This document shows, piece after piece, positions 49,414 through 59,590 of a stretch of DNA of 64,000 nucleotides (its first letter is position 1; the number at the start of each line of letters is the position of its first letter). The notes under the pieces were generated by a model. The model worked only from the letters and a program-made list of their open reading frames with translations, was not told the origin of the DNA and searched no databases. The DNA is from Microtetraspora sp. (GTDB lineage Bacteria; Actinomycetota; Actinomycetes; Streptosporangiales; Streptosporangiaceae). A program made the translations under genes and the position numbers. The DNA lies in assembly GCA_044868295.1 (NCBI GenBank), contig JBIOWF010000229.1:12651-76650 (forward strand), read 5' to 3'.

Positions 49414-49443
49414 TCTCTCCCGATCCGCGAAGATCGGGAGAGA
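49414..49443 (+). promoter_or_regulatory. Perfect 12-bp stem-loop in the grpE-dnaJ intercistronic gap
   Basis: tctctcccgatc-cgcgaa-gatcgggagaga. No U-tract follows, so it is a candidate mRNA processing, stability or attenuation element. Confidence 0.5.
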
Positions 49444-49481
49444 CGCCTGCACACCCCCGTTGCGCGAAGGAAGCGAAATAG

Positions 49482-50660
49482 ATGAGCACCAAGGACTACC
49501 TGGAGAAGGACTATTACGCCGTCCTTGGTGTGCCCAAGACCGCGACCGCCGAGGACATCAAGAAGGCCTACCGGAAACTGGCCAGGCAGTACCATCCGGA
49601 CGCCAACAGGGGGAACACGCAGACCGAGGAGAAGTTCAAGGAGGTCTCAGAGGCCTACGACGTGCTCTCCGACGTCAAGCGCCGCAAAGAGTACGACGAC
49701 GCCCGAGCTCTCTTCGGGTCGGGACTCGGCGGTTACGCCGGAGCGGGCGGCCCGCGCGGCGGCTTCAACTTCGACTTCGGCGATCTCTTCTCCGGCAGCG
49801 GCACCGGCCAGCACGGCACGGGTGAGCGGATCGGCGACCTGTTCGGCGGCCTGTTCAACCGCGGCGGCGGCCGGACGACCACCACCACGAGCAGGCCGCG
49901 CCGGGGGCAGGACGTCGAGTCCGAGGTCAGCCTGTCATTCGGCGAGGCGGTCGACGGCGCCACGGTCTCCCTGCGACTGACCAGCTCGTCGGCCTGTGCG
50001 GTGTGCAGCGGCACCGGCGCCAGGGCCGGCACGACGCCCAGGGTCTGCCCGACCTGTGAGGGCACCGGCGCCGCCAGCCGCAACCTGGGCAACTTCGCCT
50101 TCTCCGAGCCCTGCCGCGACTGCCGTGGCCGGGGCCTCCTCGTCGACGACCCATGCCCGGTGTGCGAGGGCAGCGGGCGTGGTAAGAGCTCCCGGAACAT
50201 CCAGGCCCGAATCCCGGCGGGAGTCGGCGACGGCCAGCGCATCCGGCTCAAGGGCAAGGGGGCGCCGGGTGAGAACGGCGGCCCGGCGGGCGACCTGTAC
50301 GTCCAGGTCCACGTGAAGCCGCACCCCGTGTTCGGCCGCACGGGCGAGAACCTGACCGTCACCGTGCCTGTGACGTTTCCCGAGGCCGCGCTCGGCGCCG
50401 AGATCAAGGTGCCGACGCTCCGGGGCATGCCGGTCACGCTGCGCATCCCCGAGGGCACGCCCAACGGTCGCACGTTCCGGGTGCGCGGTCGCGGAGCCGC
50501 CCGCAAGGACGGCACGAAGGCCGACCTGCTCGTCACGGTGCAGGTGACGGTGCCACAACACCTCGACGACAAGGCGCGTGCCGCCCTCGAGGAGTTCCGC
50601 GACGCCACCGAGGGCACCGACCTGCGCGAAGAGCTGATCAAGCAGGCCAGAAGCGAGTGA
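49482..50660 (+). CDS. dnaJ: Molecular chaperone DnaJ
   Basis: Has a J domain (YHPD), a G/F region and four CxxCxG zinc-finger repeats. Confidence 0.95.
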   Translation: MSTKDYLEKDYYAVLGVPKTATAEDIKKAYRKLARQYHPDANRGNTQTEEKFKEVSEAYDVLSDVKRRKEYDDARALFGSGLGGYAGAGGPRGGFNFDFGDLFSGSGTGQHGTGERIGDLFGGLFNRGGGRTTTTTSRPRRGQDVESEVSLSFGEAVDGATVSLRLTSSSACAVCSGTGARAGTTPRVCPTCEGTGAASRNLGNFAFSEPCRDCRGRGLLVDDPCPVCEGSGRGKSSRNIQARIPAGVGDGQRIRLKGKGAPGENGGPAGDLYVQVHVKPHPVFGRTGENLTVTVPVTFPEAALGAEIKVPTLRGMPVTLRIPEGTPNGRTFRVRGRGAARKDGTKADLLVTVQVTVPQHLDDKARAALEEFRDATEGTDLREELIKQARSE

Positions 50661-50664
50661 GCCG

Positions 50665-51012
50665 ATGGATGCCAACTTCTTCGATCTGTCCGATGACACC
50701 CCGGTCTACGTCATCTCGGTGGCGGCCCAGCTGTCCGGGCTGCACCCGCAGACCCTCCGCCAGTACGACCGGCTCGGCCTGGTCAGCCCAGGGCGTACCG
50801 CAGGCCGCGGGCGGCTCTACTCGACCCGGGACATCGTCCTGCTGCGCGAGGTGCAGCGACTCTCTCAGGAAGACGGCATCAACCTCGCCGGCATCAAGCG
50901 CATCCTCGAACTGGAGACCGAGAATTTGCGCCTGCGGGACGAGGTCGTGCGCCTCCGGGGTGAGCTGACCATGATCCGCGCACTGATCAGATACGAACTC
51001 CCTCCGGCATGA
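50665..51012 (+). CDS. hspR: Heat-shock transcriptional repressor HspR (MerR family)
   Basis: [33 protein letters not shown]. Position after dnaJ. Confidence 0.9.
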   Translation: MDANFFDLSDDTPVYVISVAAQLSGLHPQTLRQYDRLGLVSPGRTAGRGRLYSTRDIVLLREVQRLSQEDGINLAGIKRILELETENLRLRDEVVRLRGELTMIRALIRYELPPA

Positions 51013-51026
51013 GTGCGAGGCAATGA
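51009..51026 (+). other. Minimal 5-codon linker ORF (MSARQ) bridging hspR and clpB
   Basis: In ATGAGTGCGAGGCAATGA, the ATG overlaps the hspR TGA and the TGA overlaps the clpB ATG. It may be a minimal relative of the MSER elements or a coincidence. Confidence 0.35.
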
Positions 51027-53614
51027 GCATGGACTACAAGCTGACGCAGAAGAGCCAGGAGGCCCTGTCCGGCGCGGTGCGGCGTGCCGCCGCCGAGGGG
51101 AATCCCGAGGTCGCGCCCGCTCATCTGTTCACGACGATGCTCGCCCAGACGGGCGGGACGGCCGTGCCGCTCCTGGAGGCCGTCGGCGCCGACTGGAAGC
51201 AATTGCGCACCAGATCCGAGGAGCTGCTGGCCGGGCTGCCCAAGGCGCAGGGCGCCACGGTGAGCGCGCCGTCGAGCTCACGGCAGCTCTTGACCGTGCT
51301 GAACACCGCCGCCCAGCGGGCCAAGCAGTTGGAGGACGAGTACGTCTCGACGGAGCACCTGCTTGTCGGCCTGGCCGCGGACGGCGGCCAGATCGCCGAC
51401 CTGCTCAAGGCGCAGGGCGCCACGGCCAACGCGCTGCTGGACGCCTTCGAGAAGGTCAGAGGGCACGCCCGCGTCACCAGCGAAACCCCCGAGGACACGT
51501 ACCAGGCGCTGGAGAAGTACGGCATCGACCTGACCGAGCGGGCGAGAGCGGGCAAGCTCGACCCTGTCATCGGCCGGGACGCCGAGATCCGCCGGGTCGT
51601 CCAGGTCCTCTCCCGGCGTACGAAGAACAATCCGGTGCTGATCGGCGAACCCGGCGTGGGCAAGACGGCCGTGGTCGAGGGCCTGGCGCAACGGATGATC
51701 GCCGGGGACGTGCCCGAAAGCCTCAGGAACAAGCGGCTGGTCGCGCTCGATCTCGGCGCGATGGTCGCGGGCGCGAAATACCGCGGCGAGTTCGAGGAGC
51801 GCCTCAAGGCCGTGCTCAACGAGATCAAGGGGAGCAACGGCCAGATCGTTACATTCATCGACGAGCTCCACACCATGGTCGGCGCGGGCGCCGCCGAGGG
51901 CGCGATGGACGCGGGCAACATGCTCAAGCCCATGCTGGCCCGCGGCGAGCTGCGGATGATCGGCGCGACCACTCTCGACGAATACCGGGAGCGCATCGAG
52001 AAGGACCCCGCGCTGGAGCGCCGGTTCCAGCAGGTCTACGTCGGAGAGCCGACCGTCGAGGACACGATCGCGATCCTGCGCGGCCTGAAGGGCAGGTACG
52101 AGGCCCACCACCAGGTGCAGATCTCCGACGGCGCGCTGGTCGCGGCGGCGACGCTCTCCGACCGGTACATCACCGCCCGGTTCCTCCCGGACAAGGCCAT
52201 CGACCTGGTCGACGAGTCCATGTCCCGGCTGCGCATGGAGATCGACTCCAGGCCGGTGGAGATCGACGAGCTGCAGCGCGGCGTGGACCGGATGAAGATG
52301 GAGGAGCTCGCGCTCGCCAAGGAGACCGACCAGGCCAGCAGGCAGCGCCTGGAGAAGCTCCGGGAAGAGCTGGCCAACCGCCAGGAGGATCTCAACGCCC
52401 TCGTCGCCCGGTGGGAGCGCGAGAAGGCCGGGCTCAACAAGGTGGGCGAGCTGAAGAAGCAGCTCGACGAGGCGAAGAGCCAGGCCGAGCGGGCCCAGCG
52501 GGACGGCAACTTCGAGGCCGCGTCGCGGCTGATGTACGGCGACGTGCCCCGGCTGGAGAAGGAGCTGGCGGAGGCCACCAAGGCCGCCGAGGAGGCCGAG
52601 TCACAGCCGATGGTCAAGGAGGAGGTCGGCCCCGATGACATCGCCGAGGTGATCTCGTCCTGGACCGGCATCCCGGCCGGGCGGCTGCTTGAGGGCGAGA
52701 CCGCGAAGCTGCTCCGCATGGAGGACGAGCTCGGCAGGCGCCTGATCGGCCAGCGCGCGGCCGTACAGGCCGTCTCCGACGCGGTACGGCGGGCCCGCGC
52801 GGGCATCTCGGACCCGGACCGGCCGACGGGTTCGTTCCTTTTCCTCGGCCCGACCGGGGTCGGGAAGACCGAGCTCGCCAAGGCGCTCGCGGAATTCCTG
52901 TTCGACGACGAGCGGGCGATGACCCGCATCGACATGAGCGAGTACGGCGAGAAGCACAGCGTGGCCCGGCTGGTCGGTGCTCCGCCCGGCTACGTCGGCT
53001 ACGAGGAGGGCGGCCAGCTCACCGAGGCGGTCCGGCGCCGGCCGTACACCGTGGTGCTGCTCGACGAGGTCGAGAAGGCGCATCCCGAGGTCTTCGACAT
53101 CCTGCTCCAGGTCCTGGACGACGGACGGCTGACGGACGGCCAGGGCCGCACGGTCGACTTCCGCAACACGATCCTCATCCTGACGTCCAACATCGGCTCA
53201 CAGTTCCTCGTCGACCCGAAGCTCGAAAACGGAGCCAAGCGGGAGGCCGTGCTGACCGCGGTCCGCGGCGCGTTCAAACCGGAGTTCCTCAACCGGCTCG
53301 ACGACGTCATCGTGTTCGACGCGCTGGGCACCGAGGAGCTGTCGCAGATCGTGGATCTGCAGGTGTCACGGCTGGCCAGGCGACTGGCCGACCGGCGGCT
53401 GACGCTGACGGTCACAGCGGCCGCCCGCGAATGGCTGGCGCTGACCGGCTACGACCCGGCCTACGGCGCGCGTCCCCTGCGGCGCCTGGTCCAGTCGGCC
53501 ATCGGCGACACGCTGGCCAAGGAACTGTTGTCCGGCGACGTCCATGACGGCGACGAGGTCATGGTCGACCTGGACGAGACCGGCGACACGCTGATCGTGC
53601 GTCCGGCTCGGTAA
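51023..53614 (+). CDS. clpB: ATP-dependent chaperone ClpB
   Basis: 863 aa with two AAA+ modules ([16 protein letters not shown]) and a middle coiled-coil. Confidence 0.97.
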   Translation: MSMDYKLTQKSQEALSGAVRRAAAEGNPEVAPAHLFTTMLAQTGGTAVPLLEAVGADWKQLRTRSEELLAGLPKAQGATVSAPSSSRQLLTVLNTAAQRAKQLEDEYVSTEHLLVGLAADGGQIADLLKAQGATANALLDAFEKVRGHARVTSETPEDTYQALEKYGIDLTERARAGKLDPVIGRDAEIRRVVQVLSRRTKNNPVLIGEPGVGKTAVVEGLAQRMIAGDVPESLRNKRLVALDLGAMVAGAKYRGEFEERLKAVLNEIKGSNGQIVTFIDELHTMVGAGAAEGAMDAGNMLKPMLARGELRMIGATTLDEYRERIEKDPALERRFQQVYVGEPTVEDTIAILRGLKGRYEAHHQVQISDGALVAAATLSDRYITARFLPDKAIDLVDESMSRLRMEIDSRPVEIDELQRGVDRMKMEELALAKETDQASRQRLEKLREELANRQEDLNALVARWEREKAGLNKVGELKKQLDEAKSQAERAQRDGNFEAASRLMYGDVPRLEKELAEATKAAEEAESQPMVKEEVGPDDIAEVISSWTGIPAGRLLEGETAKLLRMEDELGRRLIGQRAAVQAVSDAVRRARAGISDPDRPTGSFLFLGPTGVGKTELAKALAEFLFDDERAMTRIDMSEYGEKHSVARLVGAPPGYVGYEEGGQLTEAVRRRPYTVVLLDEVEKAHPEVFDILLQVLDDGRLTDGQGRTVDFRNTILILTSNIGSQFLVDPKLENGAKREAVLTAVRGAFKPEFLNRLDDVIVFDALGTEELSQIVDLQVSRLARRLADRRLTLTVTAAAREWLALTGYDPAYGARPLRRLVQSAIGDTLAKELLSGDVHDGDEVMVDLDETGDTLIVRPAR

Positions 53615-53710
53615 GGTCTTCGCCACCATTGAGGCAAGCAGACCCCTCGCTCTACCCCCGCTGATACGTTCGGCGCTCGTCGGACTAGGAAAGCAATCAG
53701 GGGGACGTCG

Positions 53711-54358
53711 ATGTCCAAGACATCACGAAGCATTCGGGGGCGGAGCGTCGCGCTGGCGGCACTCACCGTCGGGGTCAGCTGGCTGGCGACCGGTCAGGCG
53801 ATGGCGGCGGACGGGGCGCTCGACCACACCGGCCCGTTCTCTGCCGTTCTCGACGCGGCTCGGCAGGCCGACCACCTCGGCCTGCCAGGTCTCGCCTCGG
53901 CGTCAGGGGTGGTAGGCCTCGCCGACGCCGCGGGCGCCGCCGCCGGGCAGGGGCTGCCGTCCCTGCCGGGCCTGCCCGAGACCTCCACACTCGCCAAGCC
54001 GGCGCCGGCCGTTCCCGGCCTTCCGGACGCGACCAAGCTGGCCAGCGTGCCGGACGTGCCGCGCGTCCCGGCGGTGCCCGCGGTCCCCGGGCGGCCGGAC
54101 GTTCCCGGCGTCACCTCGGTGGTGCCGGAGGTCGGTGAGGTGTCAGGCAAGGTCAGCGATCTCACGTCGAACCTTCCCAAGGTGCCGGACCTGCCCCAGG
54201 TCCCATCGCTGGACGGGAAGCCGTCGCTGCCGAAGACGCCGGACCAGGTCCCGGCGCTTCCGGATGTTCCCAGCACGGACAGGCTTCCGGATGTTCCCAG
54301 CACGGACAAGGTGACGGACCTCGCCAAGGACGTGCTCCAGAGCACGCTCCCGAAGTAA
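53711..54358 (+). CDS. Secreted Pro-rich repetitive hypothetical protein
   Basis: Has a signal peptide (ATGQAMAADG) and many short (L/V)PD(V/L)P-type repeats. Confidence 0.5.
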   Translation: MSKTSRSIRGRSVALAALTVGVSWLATGQAMAADGALDHTGPFSAVLDAARQADHLGLPGLASASGVVGLADAAGAAAGQGLPSLPGLPETSTLAKPAPAVPGLPDATKLASVPDVPRVPAVPAVPGRPDVPGVTSVVPEVGEVSGKVSDLTSNLPKVPDLPQVPSLDGKPSLPKTPDQVPALPDVPSTDRLPDVPSTDKVTDLAKDVLQSTLPK

Positions 54359-54366
54359 GACGCACA

Positions 54367-54402
54367 GGGAGAGGGGGCCGCGGCGACGCGGCCCCCTCTT
54401 TC
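54367..54402. terminator. Strong GC hairpin between convergent genes (bidirectional terminator candidate)
   Basis: agagggggccgcg-gcga-cgcggccccctct, a 13 bp perfect stem extendable with G-U pairs, followed by tt. Confidence 0.55.
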
Positions 54403-54583
54403 GCGCCACCGGCACAGACCCCGCTGACACGGGCGTCGCCGGCACGTGCCACCGCACACATATCACCGGCACTCGCACGACAGGCGTACACGCCTCGCCG
54501 GTGAAAGTCGCCGGGTCCGCCTCCCACGGCGCACATGCCTCGCCAGAGGGCATCCCAGGGCATGCCCCCAGCGGGAGGCGTCT

Positions 54584-55183
54584 TCAGTGGTAGACGTCCA
54601 GCAGGGCGTCCAGATCGTCTTCGGGCAGGCCGAGGTCGACCCGGATGCGGTAGCGGACACGCAGCAGAGCGTCGCGCATCGTGGTGCCGGGCGAGCAGGC
54701 GCGGACACCTTCCGTGGCCCACTCGTGAGCGCCGGCCAGGTCTCCGTAGGCGGCCAGCGTCTCGGCGATGGTCAGCGCGGTGCCGGGCGTCCAGGAATCG
54801 GCCCGGACCGCCTCGATCACGTCGCGTGCCTCGTCCGGCCGTTCCAGCTCGAAAAGCGTGTCGGCGATGCCCGACCGCGGGTCCACCGGCACCTCCCCGC
54901 CATCGTCGGCCGCCTGCTGGAAGCGATCGAGGGCCGTCGCGGGCTGGCTGGCCTGCCGCCACTCCTCGGCCGCGAGCACCAGGATCGCCGCCCTCGACAC
55001 CTCTCCGGACCGGTAGACCTCGGCCAGCGCGTCAAGTTGACGGGCCAGGGCACCATGGTCATCGAGCAGCAACGTCTGTTCGAGCAGTCGATCAAGCTGC
55101 TCCCGGGTCACATGAGCCACACAGGTGAGGCTACCGAGCATGGCCGCACTTTGCCTGGACAACCGCATGCCTGGCCTAGGCAA
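54584..55183 (-). CDS. Hypothetical helical-repeat (TPR-like) protein
   Basis: 199 aa Ala/Leu/Asp-rich helical ORF with good codon bias. Start uncertain (ATG at 55141 is possible). Confidence 0.45.
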   Translation of the reverse strand: MPRPGMRLSRQSAAMLGSLTCVAHVTREQLDRLLEQTLLLDDHGALARQLDALAEVYRSGEVSRAAILVLAAEEWRQASQPATALDRFQQAADDGGEVPVDPRSGIADTLFELERPDEARDVIEAVRADSWTPGTALTIAETLAAYGDLAGAHEWATEGVRACSPGTTMRDALLRVRYRIRVDLGLPEDDLDALLDVYH

Positions 55184-55280
55184 CGATTAGTACACGATCG
55201 ACCACGAAACGCGTGTCTTTCCTGCTAGCCGGGCATATGGCTCTCGCCTGTGCTGAAACGAACCCGGCGAGGGGGCAGCG

Positions 55281-55601
55281 ATGAGCATGTCGAAGCAGGT
55301 GACACTGACTCTCGCCGGCGCGATCTCGCTCTCCGCCGTCATCCCCGGTCTGGCCGGATACGCCACGGCGCAGTCCGAGTCTCTGGAGCGGACCCGTGCG
55401 GAGCTGCAGCGCCTGCAGGCCCGAATCCATCGCGCGGAACTCCAGATCAAGCCGGTCGCGGCAGTGCCCTGCATCGTGATGCCGCTCCCGCTGACCGGGG
55501 ACTCCGCGCGGGAGCGGGCACTTGAACGGCTGATCCGCGACCTGTCGGCCGAGCGGTCACGGGGCGACGCCGGAGGCCGGCGTCAGCTGGATCGCAGCTG
55601 A
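55281..55601 (+). CDS. Hypothetical small secreted coiled-coil protein
   Basis: Has a signal peptide (AGYATAQSE) and then a helical segment. Its 3-prime end overlaps the TetR gene end by 19 nt. Confidence 0.4.
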   Translation: MSMSKQVTLTLAGAISLSAVIPGLAGYATAQSESLERTRAELQRLQARIHRAELQIKPVAAVPCIVMPLPLTGDSARERALERLIRDLSAERSRGDAGGRRQLDRS

Positions 55602-56269
55602 CGGGAGAGGTATCCCCGCACCAGTTGCTTCGCGGCGGACACGATTTCCGGCGCGCCGTTCGGGTCGCGCCGGAAGGCGAGCTTGAGCACGGCGTCACCC
55701 GCCTCGACGGCGACCAGGATGGCCAGGTCCAGCTCCTCGCTGTCGGCGAGCCCGAACTCGGCGAGCAGCAGTCCGCGCAGGCGTCCCGCGATCACGGTGT
55801 TGTTGTCCGCGACCGAGTCGAGGAGGTGGAGGTCGACGACGTCACCGAAGTGCAGTGAGCGAAAGCCGGGCACTGTGCGATGCATCTCGACGTATTCGTC
55901 GGTGATCGCGTCGACTGCCTCCCACCAGCCGTCGTAGTCCTCGGAGATGAAGCGGTGGCCCACCCTGGCGACGAACAGCTCCACGTTGCGCCTGGTCAGC
56001 GCTTGGCTGATGGCTCGCTTGTCGGGGAAGAACTGGTAGACCGAGCCGATGGCGACACCGGCGCGCTCGGCGATCCGGGTGGTGGAGAGCGCCTCGTAGC
56101 CCACCTCGTCCAGCAGCTCGGCGCAGGCGTCGAGCATCCGCTCGACCCGGCGGGCACTGCGTCGCTGCGAGGGGCGGCGGCGCAGCGGATCGTCGGGATG
56201 GGGAGGATACAGCTGGACCTGCTCAACGTCGACGGGACCATCAAGGTCCTCTATGGGCTGGCTGGACAC
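55583..56269 (-). CDS. TetR/AcrR-family transcriptional regulator
   Basis: HTH region LSTTRIAERAGVAIGSVYQFFPDK. Confidence 0.9.
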   Translation of the reverse strand: MSSQPIEDLDGPVDVEQVQLYPPHPDDPLRRRPSQRRSARRVERMLDACAELLDEVGYEALSTTRIAERAGVAIGSVYQFFPDKRAISQALTRRNVELFVARVGHRFISEDYDGWWEAVDAITDEYVEMHRTVPGFRSLHFGDVVDLHLLDSVADNNTVIAGRLRGLLLAEFGLADSEELDLAILVAVEAGDAVLKLAFRRDPNGAPEIVSAAKQLVRGYLSRQLRSS

Positions 56270-56443
56270 CCCTCCATCTTGCCCGCTGAAAGCTTCCAGG
56301 TCAGTCCCTACCGGCCAGTCATCCGATTTGCCCCTATAGCTGACAGGCGGGCCACGCCGCGCATCAAAGAAGGAGAGATCCGCGACAGCGCGTAACCCAC
56401 CTTGCCTTCCGCGTTGACCGGCACCACCGCCCGGTTTCCGGCC

Positions 56444-57508
56444 TCACGGTGTGGCGGACAGTCCCGTGCAGCCGCGCAGGGACTTGTGCCCGGCGATGGC
56501 CTGCTGTCTGGCCGGGCCGGTCACCGGAATGGGCACCCCGCCGTTGATGCGAGCCGGGGTCCACCGGTCCTTCAGCACCTTATGGCCGTTGATCTTCAGC
56601 GTGAGGACCCCCGTGGTGCCGGTGTCCGGGCCCCAGTTATAGAAGGCGAAATTGCCCAGGCCGTAATGCACATAGCTGGTGCCGGAATAGCCGCCGCCAA
56701 GCAGGATGTGCGCGTGACTGCCCACCACCACGTCGGCACCCGCCCGGGTGAGCGTGGCCGCCAGATCACGTTGTATCTGGGTGGGGCATTTGACCAGTTC
56801 GGCACCCCAGTGCAGGAACACGATCACGGTGTCGGCGGCCCTACGGGCCTGCCGTACCGCCTGGACGAGGCGCGGTTCGTTCTTGGCCGAGGCGAGGCCG
56901 CCCTTGTCGGCCGTCGCCGTCCAGGCCTGGATGAACTCCGCGTCCAGCACCTGCGTCGCACCGATGATCGCCACGCGGTTGCCGTTGACCGTCGTCCGAT
57001 AGGGCCGGTAGGCCTCGGCCGCGTTCTTCCCGATGCCGATCACCGGGAACCTGCTCTGCTTGATCGCGGCGAGCGAGTCCCGCAGGCCGCTCTCCATGTA
57101 GTCCATGCCGTGGTTGTTGGCCATGCTCGCGACATCGACCCCGGCCGCCTTCAGCGCGGTGAACGCCGTCGCGGGGGCGCGGAACGTGAACTGTTTGCCG
57201 GGCGCCGGCGTGCCGCCGGTGGTGATGGCCGTCTCCAGGTTGACGACCGCGAGGTCGGCCTTGCGCAACACGGTCGCGATCGGGCCGAGAGCCGTTCGCG
57301 GATTGTTGTTGAGGCGCGTACGCAACACGCCCTCGAAGTGCACGTCTCCGGCGAATGAGATGGTGTACGGCTGCCGCTGGGGCTTCGTGGGCATGGCCGT
57401 GGTTCCGGGTGTCGTGGTCGTCGCACCGGGGGCGGGCTCCCCCTCGGCAGCCGAACAACCGATGACGAGAACGGCGAGAGCGGCGAGGGCGGCGGCGTTA
57501 CGTCTCAC
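56444..57508 (-). CDS. CapA-family (PGA_cap metallophosphatase-like) lipoprotein
   Basis: GTG at 57508, lipobox VIGCSA. CapA-like body (SFAGDVHFEG, ANNHGMDY, VFLHWGAE, GSHAHIL). Confidence 0.8.
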   Translation of the reverse strand: MRRNAAALAALAVLVIGCSAAEGEPAPGATTTTPGTTAMPTKPQRQPYTISFAGDVHFEGVLRTRLNNNPRTALGPIATVLRKADLAVVNLETAITTGGTPAPGKQFTFRAPATAFTALKAAGVDVASMANNHGMDYMESGLRDSLAAIKQSRFPVIGIGKNAAEAYRPYRTTVNGNRVAIIGATQVLDAEFIQAWTATADKGGLASAKNEPRLVQAVRQARRAADTVIVFLHWGAELVKCPTQIQRDLAATLTRAGADVVVGSHAHILLGGGYSGTSYVHYGLGNFAFYNWGPDTGTTGVLTLKINGHKVLKDRWTPARINGGVPIPVTGPARQQAIAGHKSLRGCTGLSATP

Positions 57509-57639
57509 GGCACATGAGCATGACAGCTCCGAAGCGCCTGTGGTGGAACGTGCGGCTCGCGCCCTGACAAAGAGTCGCGGGGCGCAAGCCGTACGGAAAT
57601 GAATAAGGGGCCCTTTCGCATGGGCGAGCGGGTCTCTAT

Positions 57640-57846
57640 CTACAGATCGAACTCCCCGTCTTTCACGCCGCCGACGAAGGCGTCCCATTCGCCGGGTGTG
57701 AAGACGAGGACGGGGCCCTGCTGGTTCTTGCTGTCGCGGACGCCGACGTGTCCGCCCGCCAAAGGCGCGATCTCGACGCAGTTGCCGTTGCCGGCACTTC
57801 GCAGGCTCTTCCGCCAGGCCGCGCCGGAGAGATCGATCGAGTGCAT
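57640..57846 (-). CDS. DUF397 domain-containing protein
   Basis: WRKSLRSAGNGNCVEIA...VGVRDSK is the DUF397 signature. Confidence 0.88.
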   Translation of the reverse strand: MHSIDLSGAAWRKSLRSAGNGNCVEIAPLAGGHVGVRDSKNQQGPVLVFTPGEWDAFVGGVKDGEFDL

Positions 57847-57877
57847 GATGGTCCTGATGTGCTGAGGGAAGCAGCGA

Positions 57878-58738
57878 CTACTTCCAGCGTTGAATGGTCT
57901 TGTGGATCAGGTCGCGAGTGGCGTCGACGTCAAGGGCCTCGTGCTGTAAGTGACCGAAAGCGATCTCGTAGCCGTACGCCATCTCCTCGTCCTCCACGAA
58001 GCGTGCACTGAAAAGCGACTCCAGGTACACGACGTCGTGGAACTCCGGAAATTTCAGGTGGAGAAAGGAGCCGGTGTTTACCGGATGCGCGGCATCCACC
58101 GGCAGCACCTGGATCCGGATATTGGGCCGCCGGGAAAGCTCGATCAAGTGTTCCAGTTGTCCGCGCATCGCCGTCGCGTCACCGATGCGGCGAAGCAGGA
58201 CGGACTCGTCGAGGACCACCCACAGTGTGAGAGGTTCCTCGTCACGGAGGATTATCTGCTGCCGGGCCATTCGTGCCTCGATCCGGCTGCGGAGTCCTCC
58301 CTGTGCGAACCGGGTGATCGGCTGCGCGGCCCGAGTCACTTCGAGAGCGTATTCCTCGATTTGCAGGAGGCCGGGCACGACCTGAGGTTCCCAGTTGCGT
58401 GCTTCTGATGCCTCTGCCTCCAGCCCCAGCAGTGTCGTGTACTCATGGGGCAGGGAGTCCTGGTAATCCTCCCACCAGCCTCTGCGACCCGCGTCCTGGT
58501 GGAGGCCCAGCAGCTCCCGCCGCTGGTCCGCGCCCACCTGGTACACATCCAGGAGCGCCTCGACGTCGGTCTTGCGAGGTGACGTCTTCGCGGTCTCGAT
58601 CCGGCTGACCTTCGCGGCCGACCAGCCGAGACGGCCGGCGACCTGGTCTCCGGTGAGGGCGGCGCGTTCGCGGAGCCGGCGTAGCTCTTGGCCGAGCCGA
58701 CGCCGACGGACGGTGGGACTGCTGCCACGTTCCGGCAA
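57878..58738 (-). CDS. XRE-family helix-turn-helix regulator with a DUF5753 C-terminal domain (WhiJ/Scr1-like)
   Basis: Has an N-terminal HTH (LGQELRRLRERAALTGDQVAGRLGWSAAKVSRIE). Paired with a downstream DUF397 gene, as in WhiJ-type loci. Confidence 0.85.
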   Translation of the reverse strand: MPERGSSPTVRRRRLGQELRRLRERAALTGDQVAGRLGWSAAKVSRIETAKTSPRKTDVEALLDVYQVGADQRRELLGLHQDAGRRGWWEDYQDSLPHEYTTLLGLEAEASEARNWEPQVVPGLLQIEEYALEVTRAAQPITRFAQGGLRSRIEARMARQQIILRDEEPLTLWVVLDESVLLRRIGDATAMRGQLEHLIELSRRPNIRIQVLPVDAAHPVNTGSFLHLKFPEFHDVVYLESLFSARFVEDEEMAYGYEIAFGHLQHEALDVDATRDLIHKTIQRWK

Positions 58739-59215
58739 CCCCTCCGACCCCCTCAGCGAGACATGCGTATGCGCAGGACTCTACGCCCCTTGACGAGGAG
58801 CTACGCGCATCGTAATGCAAGTTGCACCGAGAGATGCAGTGCATCCTCAGAAGATTCTTTCAATTTCTGATGCACCGACTATTGCAGTGAAATCTCTTCT
58901 GGGACACGATCGAGGCCGGAAGGTTCCCAGAAGATCAGGGAGAACGCCGATGATCGTACGGCGGCACGCCTCACTGGACTCCTTCTTCACTCTGCTCGGC
59001 GACGGCGCCGTTCCCTACCTTGATCGCCTGGGTGGGCAGCCGACCACGGGAATCATCATTCGGTTCGGAGCGGCCAGGAGTCGCAAATGACACACCACGA
59101 CGACGACTCGCATTGGACGATTCACCGCATAACAAAGCCGGGCCGAGAGGCTGCCACCTGTCGACCCGGCGAACAAACGAGAGCTCCAGCTCGAAGCGCC
59201 GAAAAGGAGTCTCCT

Positions 59216-59422
59216 ATGCACTTCCACGTTACCCACGGGCTGTTACGAATCAAGGGCCTGGTCTACACCGCCGACTATGCGCTGTGCGCCGACCAGGACG
59301 GGTGGGCCCGCCGGCTCCACTGGACGGTCACCCACACCGGGTTCGGCGCCCGGCACTACCGCGATCCCCGGTTCGACCTGGTCCGGGAGTTGGAGGAAGT
59401 GGGACGGCACGTCACCATCTAG
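59216..59422 (+). CDS. Hypothetical small protein (68 aa)
   Basis: The ATG at 59216 is preceded by AAAGGAG. Reads MHFHVTHGLLRIKGLVYTADYALCADQDGWARRLHWTVTH... No family recognised. The longer ORF from 59087 is not supported. Confidence 0.4.
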   Translation: MHFHVTHGLLRIKGLVYTADYALCADQDGWARRLHWTVTHTGFGARHYRDPRFDLVRELEEVGRHVTI

Positions 59423-59590
59423 CGCCCCCCACAAAGGTCCTAGAATCGCGTTCTAGCAGGGAGCCGTGTTGGCCGGCCGAGGCACGAGGCCGTTTTCAAA
59501 GCCAACAAAGGCGACCCATGAGCAGGACCTTTCGCCTTTCCGGCTTTGCGGCAAGGATGAGTCCACCCAGGGAACTCAGGAGGCGGCGAG

